Source: Octopus bimaculoides (taxonomy: Eukaryota). Taken from it: 64,000 bases of DNA. Positions 26,050 through 39,006 of the stretch are shown here, one piece after another. Every line of letters begins with the position of its first letter. The stretch's first letter is position 1. The DNA is taken from positions 60,174,973 through 60,238,972 of the forward strand of contig NC_068981.1 of the NCBI RefSeq assembly GCF_001194135.2. Reading direction: 5' to 3'. The notes below the pieces were generated by a model. It was not told the origin of the DNA. It was given only the letters and a program-made list of their open reading frames with translations, and made no database searches. A program made the translations under genes and the position numbers.

Positions 26050-27300
26050 TCATTACACAATTTTTTATATATAGAGTGTGGTCTGAGTATAATTTCTAGC
26101 CGGTAAAACGACTGCACAGAGACTGTAAAAAGGTTGAGTCGGTAAGAATGGTAGAGTTGAGTTAAATACCTGAGAGAAGAGTTGCCATTGATATAGGTTT
26201 TGTGTTCTATGTCCGCTGTGATAAGCTTTGTATTTCAATCTTTTGGTTTTCAAAAATTAATTAGCATTTATCGATTTAATTCTTTGCACCAATCTCCTAC
26301 AAGCATTATCCCTAAGATTCAGTAACAATTCGATATTTACCACTCTATTATTCCAATGCTTTCTCCATGTTTATAGTTATTTTATGCCAATACCTTAAGC
26401 ATCAAAGAGTCACTTGTTGAAATGACTGCAAGTAAACACATATAGATCATTGTCAAGCATTATATAGTTTCCATCGGAGAAGTTACAAGAGCGCTATTTA
26501 CTCGATAATACTCTCTCTAGTATTTCACCAGTACTTATGTTATCGACCGCAGAAAGATGAAAAACAAAAAATCCTGGAATTAGTGCAGTGACCTTTAACC
26601 ATCTTAGTCAATATTGTTAGTGTATCTTCAAGGAGGCAGTCAAACTTGATTGTTAAAGCAAAAGGAACTTTTATTTGTATGTAACTCTTGACTTGTAACA
26701 TTTCCCTAACTATTATATAAAACCGTTAATTGGTCTTTTATATGACTAGAATCCCTTTCATACAATATTTTCATTGTAAATTGTTGATATCTGTCTTAGT
26801 TATGCAGAATGAGGAACATAGTACAGAGAATAAAATACATAAATTAAGAAAGCTGGTCGTGGATTACGTTGGAAATAATTAGTTTATGGGACAGTTCTTC
26901 TTAGTTACTGTTCTCCTACTTTCCAATATCATCTCTATTGATTCTGCCGGATATGACCTTATTAATGACATAGATATAATGCTAAATTTGTACATTCACT
27001 ATTATGTTAATCAATATAACATTCAGTGTAATACAATAGCCATTAGTCAGTATAATTGATACAGTTGATAATAGGCTACTATACAGAAGTTCATGAAATA
27101 TTCAAATTAATTCTTTATTAGATATACTATCTAAATATATAATAAGGTGTATGTTTAGACAGTATTATAGTTATTTTAATATAGTTTATATTTATGTTGA
27201 CTGACTGTGTGGATATAGAGGTGAGATGATGGCAAATCAAGAAAGTTTCAATCACCATTATAAACTTCGTGTACGAAGTCGTTGCCGTAGAGAAAGATTT
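26050..27300 (-). mobile_element. Possible decayed PLE relic
   Basis: Minus-strand RSYPAESIEMILESRR followed by QRNPR resembles PLE RGYP..I..A / HNPRN. Weak and by eye only. Confidence 0.3.
26510..26582 (-). mobile_element. SINE family A fragment
   Basis: ccagtacttatgttatcgaccgcagaaagatgaaaaacaaa. Confidence 0.6.
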
Positions 27301-30100
27301 AAACAACACATGGCCTCCTCAGCACTTAAAATAAGACCTTAGTGTTTTGGCAAAATAAAGTCAATATTGCAAATATACTTGCTCATGTATAATAAGGAAA
27401 TTCAATAAATTAGAATTTCATTTAAGTGATAGTAATGGACAAGATTAGGAGTAGCTTAGTAGTAGGGAGCAAGATGGTTTAGTTTGATGAGCGGGAAAAG
27501 GCAGAGTGGGGTATTATTTATGGAGTTTTTCTTACGCGAGCATTATTAGCTTAATTGAAGTGAGGTAGTTTAAATAATGAATCGAAAATTAGAACACATA
27601 ATTTGTTACTCCAGCACGGCGTTCTCATTACACTTTGTAAATTGATGATTTCTTAAATAAGCAAAAACCAGAAATTTGAAAAAGATGAGAGTAGTGAGCT
27701 GGATCAATCAAATCCTTTAGTTATCAATTTCTGAAAAGTCTGATGTAGAGAAACGGAATATAATTCCAATTCTTAATGCTATGACAATATTATTGTAATA
27801 GTATTATCATAGTATTATCAGTTCGTTGCCATAGACCCCAATAATTCTCAGGTATTTTATTTTATCAAATACGAATGGATGAAAAGCACTAAAGAAAATT
27901 TGAGCTCAGAATACAAATACCGCAAGTTATTGGCTTCAATGTTCTAATAAAACCGCCAGCTTGTCGCAGCTATTTTGAAGTTGTTAATGAATTATATTTG
28001 AGTGGATCGCAGCGTAATTTTCACATTTATTTCGTGGCGTTTTTCATAAACGGTAAAACATTACGCAATGAATGGTAACAAAACCTTGATATAATCACAC
28101 ATCTAAATTTTAAGTATGCTTCATAATACTCACGTATCTTACAATTCCACTCAGATTCTCAGAGGATGAATGCTGTGTAACACAATTTTTGATGAATTTT
28201 AATTTGGAAACAAAATCCGTTAGCAATATGTCAACTGTTCACATATTCTAGACTGTTATACGATTCCAGGATAAAATTCACAGGATTCCATATCACATAG
28301 AGATATAAAACAGCACTCATCAAATATAAGCATCTTTATTGCATAGTCAAAAAAAAAGGAACTGTACTATGTCTTTTTCAGGACGTCTGAAACTGGTCAT
28401 ATCAATGTAGTTTTCAAACTTGAAGTCAACGTCTGCGGGGAAAGAATCTTCGGAGATGTCGATGTTGACATTCCGAAGAAGAATGAGCGAAATTGTTAAT
28501 GAAGGTCTTGAGTAGTTGGAGACATTACAGGTAATGAGAGGAGGAAAGACATGAGTTGGAAGATCTATATTGTGTGCTCTATATTTACGCACATATGTGT
28601 TAGTACAGAAATATATTTACTTGTATATCATGCTTACGGCCTCATAACATTGTCATTTTGCCTTGTTTTCTTTTCTGGATAGAAGGACCAAGATTTATAA
28701 CATGTGACAGTGATACCAAACAGCACCGAGATCAGTATTCTGTATTATTTCATTATTTCCTGTAGAAGTAAAAAACGAATCAATCCAAATAGACATTGTA
28801 TTTTTATCATAAAGACATTACATAAAATACTGTAATTTAATTCGGCATTCGACTTTCTTTTCAAAAATTATTTTCTATATATTCTTTAAAGTTTTTAACA
28901 GAAATATCAGTATTTGCTGTAGAGGACATATATGTGCGAACCTACAGTATTACATTCTATTGATTTATGATACAGCATTGAACGGAAAATTTGAAAAGTA
29001 AGTTCGTTTGGCAGCTAATGTTTTCTAACTAATACCGAAAATTCAATTCGTTTCACGATGCCATGGTTTAAGAACTTAAATATCGTTATGTCTTACGCAT
29101 ATGCATTGGATAGCTGCGGGAACATTTTCACCTTCCACAGAATAGGCACAAGCTTTTTTTTGTTTAGAACAACTTGATATGTCATCCGAAAACCCTTTAA
29201 ATAATAACAATGGTTTAACAAACTGAGTAGAATATATTAGATGTACCTAAAAAGGGTTCATAGTCTCGGAAAGACTACGGTTAATCATAGCTCTGCATAA
29301 TAATAAAAATCTGGAATTAAACAATGACAGCAACAACACCAGCAGGCACAGTGGAAATTGATAGCTAAATTCTAATACAGAAATGTCTTATCTTTTTCTT
29401 CTCAAGAATTATTGAGCTTCTTTATGTCATTGCTTAACAGCGAGATTTCAAATCTGTCGTAGCTGAATAAGATGAAGTCTTAGAAGATTAAATTCTTGCA
29501 GTACTTTCATCGACTATTATACAAGTCAACTAAGTAATGTTGCTAAAGAGATTTATTTCCTGTAAAGGCGAAGTCTTACAACGAAATTAGAATTAATAGA
29601 TTAAAACAGCACATATCCCTTTTTCCGAATGACACACTGATAAACTATCTAATAGGAAAAATAAAACACAAAAGGAAAAACAACAGATACATCAAGAAAA
29701 TTATAAACAAAATGGCTACAAAGGAAACAGGTTGAATACATGGTAAGAAAGATAGAGAAACCGAGAATGAAAACACAAGAACGAAATATATATATATAAG
29801 TGTGTGTGTGTGTGTACGTGTGTGTGTGTGTGTATTATACACACATATATATCTTCAAATAAAAGAAAATAAACATGAGATAAAAATTAATGAAACTTCT
29901 TTATAGTTCTCAGATTTTGTAATGATATATTGTCACTGAGTTTGAGATATCATCTCGAAATAGGTATATGAAAATTTTGAATTAAATATGTTTTGTGATA
30001 TCGATCTAGCTATCGAATGATCTATTTAGTCAAACATATGTTAAAACGACGGTTAGATTTGTACCGAATATAACAGTCATATTTTCTGGAGTTCAGTCAG

Positions 30101-30145
<45 letters not shown>

Positions 30146-30767
30146 NNNNNNNNNNNNNNNNNNNNNNNNNNNNNNNNNNNNNNNNNNNNNNNNNNNNNNN
30201 NNNNNNNNNNNNNNNNNNNNNNNNNNNNNNNNNNNNNNNNNNNNNNNNNNNNNNNNNNNNNNNNNNNNNNNNNNNNNNNNNNNNNNNNNNNNNNNNNNNN
30301 NNNNNNNNNNNNNNNNNNNNNNNNNNNNNNNNNNNNNNNNNNNNNNNNNNNNNNNNNNNNNNNNNNNNNNNNNNNNNNNNNNNNNNNNNNNNNNNNNNNN
30401 NNNNNNNNNNNNNNACTTATCTTTTAATTTAACAGTAAATTATACAGCATAATTAGTTAGTTAAAATGACCGACACTTCTTTCCACAAACGTGGTGCGGA
30501 GAAATGTTTGAAGACGTATTGGTCTCCTTATTCTTTGTAATTGTTTTGAGTTTACACACCCGAAAATATTCATAATTCAGGAAATCGAACCTGGATTTAT
30601 ACATCAGAAGAACTACTGCTGGGTGGCTATCTCTAAGTGATCCTTGATGCTTCTTACTACTTGATGAGTCTAAGTGGAACCTGAAATATACCTGAGAGCT
30701 ATTGCTATACATGCCTCAATAATTTATCCCTATATATTCTTCTTGTATATATAAGTGTGTTTGTGTG

Positions 30768-30816
<49 letters not shown>

Positions 30817-30906
30817 ATTCATTTGCAAAGAAATGGGTGACAGTGACTTCGACGTTTCAAGTTAATTTCATCAGAATTACTTTCTGATATATGTCTGATA
30901 TGTGAA

Positions 30907-31197
30907 GGTGCATGGCTTAGTTGTTAGGACATTCGGCTCATGATCGAAAGGTCGAGAGTTCGATTCCTGGCGACGCGTTGTCTCTGATGAAAGCACTTTA
31001 TTTTACGTTGCTCCAGTTCACTCTTCTGCCGTAAATGAGAAGTACTTGTATTTTAAAGAACTAGGCTTGTTACATACTGTGTCACACTGAATCTCCCTGC
31101 GAGGTACGTTAGGGTACGAAGTGCTCAGCCAATTGGAGGTCTATTTCATGAGCAGACTGCTTCATTGATCGGATCGACTGGAACCCTGGTCATCGGT
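30907..31197 (+). mobile_element. tRNA-derived SINE sharing the family C 3' half but with a different 5' body
   Basis: A box TGGCTTAGTTG (30913-30923), B box GTTCGATTC (30958-30966). The 3' part tgtgtcacactgaatctccc..gatcggatcgactggaaccct matches family C. Confidence 0.8.
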
Positions 31198-31641
31198 GGT
31201 TGGCAGTGAAGCCGAAACTTCGATGTGACTTTCAGCCTTTTCCTTGAAAAAGTTAACTGTGTACTCTGCTACAAAACTGTTGTGTTAACTGAGTTTATTT
31301 GTTACATTATTTTACATATAGCTTGAAATAAAAACATATATATGCATATGCCAATACGTATATACGCCTACACACACACACACACACANNNNNNNNNNNN
31401 NNNNNNNNNNNNNNNNNNNNNNNNNNNNNNNNNNNNNNNNNNNNNNNNNNNNNNNNNNNNNNNNNNNNNNNNNNNNNNNNNNNNNNNNNNNNNNNNNNNN
31501 NNNNNNNNNNNNNNNNNNNNNNNNNNNNNNNNNNNNNNNNNNNNNNNNNNNNNNNNNNNNNNNNNNNNNNNNNNNNNNNNNNNNNNNNNNNNNNNNNNNN
31601 NNNNNNNNNNNNNNNNNNNNNNNNNNNNNNNNNNNNAATAA

Positions 31642-31726
31642 AACCGCCACCGCCACCACCAGCGCCGCCGCCGTCACCGCCGCAACCACCGCCACCACCG
31701 CCGCCGCCGCCACCACCACCACTACC

Positions 31727-31794
<68 letters not shown>

Positions 31795-31795
31795 A
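31642..31795. repeat. Compound (CCG/CCA)n(CTA)n microsatellite
   Basis: Direct reading. Confidence 0.95.
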
Positions 31796-32832
31796 ATAAT
31801 TACTGCTGCTTTTGTAAGAATAATGTTCTTATCATTGGAGATTGCTCCTGATGTTTAGTAAATTCTCTATAATGTAAAACTTATTTAATAGACTGAACAT
31901 GTTATTCATCATAACAAGCCAGTGGCTAAAAACAAATGTTTTATCTTATTTCGGCATTTACAATGAATATGTTTATCTATTATATGATACGCATAAATAT
32001 CCACTAAGGGACGACATTTAATACAGTTAAGAATATTTTTGTGAAAGCATTATTATCATTATATTAATTGTTGTTGTTTTTGTTGTTGTTCGTGTTGTTA
32101 TCAACATCATCCTCATCATCACCATCATCATAACCATCGTCGTTGTCATCGTCATCATCAACGTCATCAACATCATCATCGTCATCATTATTATTATTGG
32201 TGTTACTTTTGTAATTGTTATTATAAATATTGTCGCCATGATCATCATCATTTCATTTTATATTATCCCTTACATACATGCTGCGATCTTACAATATAGA
32301 AGAAAACTGGAAGAGCAATAGGCACATAATACAAACTTTTATTGTAGTGATCATTGAAATTCAATGATGAGAAATATCTCTAGGCAACCATGATCACAGT
32401 CCAATTTTGCAATCTTTATATGCAAGGATTTGTTTAGAACTGATATGGCAAGAGATACACCTGCGACTACATATATCACAATACACGTCAATGTCTGAAT
32501 TTCTGTATGGTTGTTCGAAATATAAAATGAATTTGACAGCCACTCCATCTTTTCTGCGTTGAAGTTTAGGGAAGAACAGATTAATAGAGTCCTAGGTATT
32601 CGTAAAATGACATAATGATCAAGGCAGGAAAATTTCTATTCCTATTTCTATTCGAATAACAGCAACAACAAAAATACAAGCAATACGACAATATATATCA
32701 TAATCCGACTGAATAATGAATAGCTACAAACGATTAAAATCAAGTTGATTACTTTAGACTGATGTAATTCAGTCTAAAGTCCCTCCTATAATATCAACCC
32801 TTAAGAAAAAAAAAACAAATAGCACGCATACA

Positions 32833-32866
<34 letters not shown>

Positions 32867-33089
32867 CATACATACATATCGACGTCTCTAATGTTATAAG
32901 TATTTTAAAAGGAATATTTCAAGTAGATAGTCTTTCTGTAATTTTGGCATTAAATCTATTATCATGCCTGTTACAAAAAATAAAAGGGCTCTACACTAGG
33001 TTTTGCAAGTTCCAGAGATATTAACGTGACACAATTTATTTGTGACTTGAAACTTTATGCTAAAAACATTTATGGTGCCAAACATCAGC

Positions 33090-33960
33090 TGAAGTTAATA
33101 GCAACATTTTCAACTGACAAAGGAATAGAATTTTGCCAAAAGAAATGTTCCCGTTTAATTTTTGACCGTGGAAAATCAGTCCCTTAGACCGAAAACTTGT
33201 GGGTCAATGGTCTCAATATCTCTTCTGTTCCTCACAAAAGAATGTTACACGTACCAAAGCATTGATAAAAACGTATCATACCAAGGTGCTGTGAATAAAT
33301 ATTGAGTGATCGAAGAAAATTATACCAGACATCGAAAAGTATGGCCGTCGGAGCACTCCTCTTACTACAAGAAAATGCCCCACAATGAACTTGCAGTATC
33401 ACCAGTGTTGATTATAACATTTGAGATACTTGACTGGTGTATAAAGGAAATTCACACTATAGAGATCAAAATCCACAAGACCCTGACATCGATTAGAAAC
33501 TTCTATTGAAACAGAGATAACGAAAGGCTCTACATAAGAAAAGACGAAGGAGGTAAAAGCTTGAGATGAGTCCAGATAGTCGTATAGTCTCTCTCTCTCT
33601 CAGACAGCACTTGCTAAACGAGAGCATCAAAAGTGAATATATACAATTAATGCTGAAAACAGAAGAGAACAATATCCTACGTTTCGGTAGTGAACTCCTC
33701 ACAAAGCACCTACTTAAACTATTTTACGGCAAAATATTTTCTGCAGATGAATCCTTCTTTGCGACAAAAATGGATATCACTGACAGCAATAATTAATCCA
33801 ACTCTCGTGATGCTAATTGATCTCCCCAAAACACTTGGAGCCGAACAAAATCTGCCATAACAGAAATCGAAAACAAACTACTGCCGCCATCAGTAAATTG
33901 TCATACATGCAACTGAATCAACAAAGACGACTGTGAAAATAACTTTTGAAACTACAATCT
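33090..33960 (+). mobile_element. R4/Dong-like (restriction-like endonuclease) LINE relic, RT C-terminal region
   Basis: Frameshifted LKLIATFSTDKGIEFCQKKC, YTYQSIDKN, EENYTRHRKVWPSE..HNELAVSPV..FEILDW..EI..IEIKIHKTLT, and RLYIRKDEGGKSL. Confidence 0.7.
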
Positions 33961-34796
33961 GTAGAAAGGTTTTCTAGTTTTTCTAAGCTGGCATTGAGTA
34001 ACAGGCCATTATTAAATGAAATGGCAACTGATTTCATGAAAGCAACTGCTTTCAATAGTTGCCGATGGCGATCCTGGAGAGCACATGGAATCAAATGATT
34101 TTAATTATCAATTAGTATTTACATAAACATATATACACGTACATGCTTTTGCACAACTAAACACAGAACAATACATACGTATAAGGTTAGATAATCATGA
34201 AGAAAATCAGGCAAGTATATAAAAGAAAGAGAATTAAAATGAAAAGTAAATGTATAGGTCGTAGATAGCTAAAAGTTTTGAAGAGGATTTTTGTAATTTA
34301 CGAATTTATATTGAATGAAGGATTTGAAACAACTAGAAGGTAAATAAAAAAGCAAATACCCAGATCTGATTGCTGGTGTTCTCATTGGCTATATCAAGTG
34401 ATGTTTGTTTCTTTTGTTCTCTATTATGTATTCTGAAAATACTCTTTCACTTGTAACCGGATACCATAATGAAGTCAAAGGAAATAAAATAGATAAGTAA
34501 AAGAAATACAAAGAGAATAATCAAGAGTATAGCTGAGCTGAGAAATAACAGAAAATGAGTTTAATATTTAATTATGGCATATCTCCCCCATCCATACGGA
34601 TACATACACAAATACACACGCACACACACACTCACACTCACACTCACACACGCACACACACACACGCGCGCACGCACACACACACGTACACACACACACA
34701 CACACACACACAGAGCATACACATTTAGTGCAAAGACAAAGTCGTTAAAAAGGGTCAATGTTTTGACAAGTATAGTATTATTTGAAGGAGAGGAGG

Positions 34797-34835
34797 CTTC
34801 AACTTTTCGGACGTTAGCCCTTCAACAGAAAAAAA
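34797..34835 (-). ncRNA. Degenerate minimal hammerhead-like motif
   Basis: Minus strand TTTTT-CTGTTGA-A-GGGC-TAAC-GTCC-GAAA-AG-TT-GAAG has the same layout as the 9.6-9.9 kb motifs, with two core or stem III changes. Confidence 0.5.
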
Positions 34836-35497
34836 GCCAAAACATTGGAGCATAGATTTACTTGAAACCACATACTCATGCGCATACATGTACATGTTGC
34901 GTCTAGTTTGAGATTGTAGAACTAGCAGCTATTTTTACTGGGTCAAGAAACATTGTAGGTGCTTCAGTTGCAAATAATGACTTAGTGTTTTTTTCCAACC
35001 TGTGGGAACAATCTTCTTTTTTGGTAGGGGGGGGAGTAAAAAGGATAAATTCTTGTTTATACATGTACAACAGACAAAATTCCCCGGTTATATGAACGTA
35101 AATATTCTAATATAAGTCTAACATATGTCTCGAGAACATATGCACATAATGTGTAATCTGATTTCGATTCAGCTTCGAAACAGTTTTTCTATAATCAACA
35201 TCAAAGCATACATAAGCATTTTTAAATTTCCAAATATATATATTTGATAATCTTCAAAAACTAAAGGAACACTGTTTCGATTTTCTTCTGACAACTTATT
35301 TTTATTCAATTCTTTCATGTGGTTCGCTGAACCTACTGTGATTTTCCTGACAGCGAGAATATATAGCATTGTCCTAAAGACAATATCACTCACTGATTAG
35401 AAAATGCAATAACATTATAATCATTATAAATTCATTATCAACCTTCAAAAATATTCACATTTTTTAACAACTTATTGCCTCTCTCTCTTCTCCCGGT

Positions 35498-35528
<31 letters not shown>

Positions 35529-35856
35529 NNNNNNNNNNNNNNNNNNNNNNNNNNNNNNNNNNNNNNNNNNNNNNNNNNNNNNNNNNNNNNNNNNNNNNNN
35601 NNNNNNNNNNNNNNNNNNNNNNNNNNNNNNNNNNNNNNNNNNNNNNNNNNNNNNNNNNNNNNNNNNNNNNNNNNNNNNNNNNNNNNNNNNNNNNNNNNNT
35701 ATATACATATACATATATATATATACTTACATGTATATATATGTTGTTGTACTTGGGGATGGTGATATTGCCAGTTTAGCCAATAAAAACACACGCACTT
35801 ATATATACATATATACATACACACACACACACATATATATATATACACTTAAAACT

Positions 35857-35897
35857 AAGCGTGTGCGCGCGCAAGCGTGTGCGCGCGCAAGCGCGTG
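35857..35897. repeat. 16-bp tandem repeat x2.5 (aagcgtgtgcgcgcgc)
   Basis: Direct reading; mostly alternating purine-pyrimidine. Confidence 0.9.
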
Positions 35898-37351
35898 AAG
35901 AAATATTGATAGAAAAAGAGAAAATGTGTGACAGAAAGCTAGAATGAGTGATTATAATACAGATAGAGTAAATGAATCATAACGCAAATGAATCGACGTC
36001 GTTCTAATGAATGTCCTAGAAGACATCCATTTCTGTTCCTTATGTTATTTTCTTGTATTTTTCACTCTGGTTCCTTTCCATTCTTGCCTTGTTTTTCTTT
36101 CTTTATATTCTTCAAATTTTATTTTCTGTTCTTAAATATTTGGTTTTTCTCGTACATTTCCTTTTTTTCTTATCCTTTTATCTAACTAACCCGCCACTCC
36201 ATTTATTTCATCGTTTTGTAACTTTCTGCACTAACTCATTCTTTTCTTCTTTCTATCTTTTTCATTAATTTCATCATTTCTCGTGTGCTTCTTCCTCTCA
36301 CTTCATCTCTTTCCCCCACATTTAATTGTTTATAGGCAAATCTTATTTAATTATATTCCTTTTATTAATTTCATTATAGAAATACACCATCAGATTTCTA
36401 AATTTTCCCACAGTATCTAAAATCTACTTTAACCTTATATAGATTTTGTTCTTTCGTCACAACGTCAATCTTAGATTAAGCATCAGTACACTAAAGATTT
36501 ACTGATAATTTGCCTTGAAGCAATTTTGTAATTGATATTTAACTATCAGTGAAATACTCGAGTGGTTTATAGTATAAAATAAAAGCAATAACGATAATAG
36601 TAATGATATCAATTACACTAATGACATTAATGATTTTAAAAACGTTGAAAAGGGAGATTTAAATCACATAATAAATATAAATTTAGATTCTATGAAAATA
36701 TAAGGTATGACAATAATTTCTCTTTCGTACCAACAAGCAGATTTCTTCAGCCTTATTTACTTCGTAGTATCTTTCTATATCCCGACTTCCTTCTGTATAG
36801 ACTGAGTTCACATTATAATTTGAATTAATTTACTACTTTTATATCAGAACTTCAGTTGTAGTCTAGATATTTCGATTACTGGACATCATTGCTAAAATTG
36901 TTCCTATATGAAAGCGAAGCTTCACGATATTTTACTTAAAACGATGTACAATTCTAACACTGGCTGCCTCGCTTGATATAATATTTGAAAAATGAACTTA
37001 CAACGAAGTTCTATTATTCGATTGGTTAAAAATTAATATTGTAATTTCCTATTCAATCGCTACACATAGTTACAGCTCATTTGTATGTAGAGTGTTCCTA
37101 AGAGTGAGACTTCACTTCTGTTTTCTTATTTCCTCTCCAAATAAGAAACGAGTTCTATGGATAAGAAGTGTGAATTTTACTTTATGGAAGAAGTCTCATT
37201 GTCGAAATTGCCTGCTGGCTAATTTCCTCCTGGAATAGTTATAGAATAGTTTGACTACATACCACTTGTTTTCTATATCTCCTTATATTCAAATAAGTTA
37301 AACACGTTTAAATGAATTAGACTTTTAGTGACAGACTTCTATATGCATATA

Positions 37352-37749
37352 CTCTTTTACCCTTTTACTTGTTTCAGTCTTTTGACTGTGGCCATGCTGG
37401 AGTACCGCCTTTAGTCGAGCAAATCAACCCCAGGACTTATTCTTTAGAAGCCTAGTACTTATTCTATCGGTTTATTTTGCCGAACCGCTAAGTTACGGGG
37501 ACATAAACACACCAGCATCGGTTGTCAAGCGATGTTGGGGAGACAAACACAGACATACAAACACATACATATGTACATATATACGACGGGCTTCTTTCCG
37601 TTTCCGTCTACCAAGTCCACTCAGAAGGCTTTGGTCGGCCCGAGGCTATAGTAGAAGACATTTACCCAAGATGCCACGCAGTGGGACTGAACCCGGGACC
37701 ATGTGGTTGGTAAGCAAGCTACTTACCACACAGCCACTTCTACGCCTAT
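37352..37749 (-). mobile_element. Full-length tRNA-derived SINE family B (CORE-like motif, bipartite)
   Basis: Minus-strand head ATAGGCGTAGAAGTGGCTGTGTGGTAAG..GGTTCAGTCCC (A and B boxes), a central CA/TA hinge, and a 3' end ..cagtcaaaagactgaaacaagtaaaag. Confidence 0.92.
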
Positions 37750-38542
37750 GTGCATATAATAAACATGAATGGCATTTAAAATTTACGACACATCTTTTCG
37801 ATAGTAGAAATGTCGTAAAACATTATATCATAATATACAATCCACCATCATTAGGTAAAGTTTTAGATATATACATGTACATATGTGCATACATGCACAC
37901 TCAGAAACATACGCATACATAGAAACGTATACACCCCCCACCCCCACACATATATATCGGAATTTTGCACAACTTCTCTCCACAAGATTTCACGCTCACA
38001 TCATTTGTGAACTCCTGATATAGTTAAAAACATTTTCCTAAGATGCAGCTGCAAGGGAATGAACACATAAACATGTCGTAACGAAGCGAACTTCTTAAGC
38101 ACACAAATTTATAGGTATCTTTTTACATTTAGATTAAATTTATTGTATTTTAGTTGTGTATATAAATGCTTCTGCGTGGGGCTGGTTGTGCATCTGTGTG
38201 TATATGCGAGAATGTGTGCGCCCTTGCGTGAATGTATTTTTCGCGAAATATATGTATTTGTATATTTTAGTATCATTATTTCTTCTATGCTATATCGAAA
38301 TATTTCTAACATAATTTCCAAAGAGTGTCTTTATGAATAGGATAAAGCATTTTGTTCAGAGTTCAAGTGACATTTCAAGAATCGATTGTAATTGAGAAGA
38401 TTCTTGAGGAAGCAGGCAATTACGTCTATATTAACCATGGTGACATTGCTAAATGACAGATCAATCTTATAGAATGACATAAATATATATTATATTATAA
38501 GAAGAGCATTTTGAAAAGGACTTGTTGCATTATTACTTAATA

Positions 38543-38759
38543 GCGGAAGGCAGCGAGCTGGCAGAATTGTTAGCACGATGGACGAGATGCTTAACGGTAA
38601 TTCTCCCGTCGCTACGTTCTCTGTTCAAGTTCCACCGAGGTTGACTTTACTTTTCATCCTTTCAGGGTCGATAAATTAAGTACCAGCTGAGTACTGGGGT
38701 CGATGTAATCGACTATACCTCTCCCCCAAATTTCATGCCTTGTGCATATAATAGAAAGA
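38543..38759 (+). mobile_element. Full-length SINE family A copy with 14-bp TSD
   Basis: ATTATTACTTAATA at 38529-38542 and 38760-38773 flanks a complete copy. Confidence 0.92.
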
Positions 38760-38945
38760 ATTATTACTTAATATAGGATAAATCTGCTCTGTGGGACAAA
38801 GTTGTTGTTGTTGCATTTGTTGTTGATGCTTAGCCCTATGTCAGCCCACTCTAAGCAGAGGTGCATAATCAAGGGAGTTGCAGCTAAGCTTATCCCTTAT
38901 ATACATATTTATGCACAGTCACACACACATACACTCACACACACA

Positions 38946-39006
<61 letters not shown>

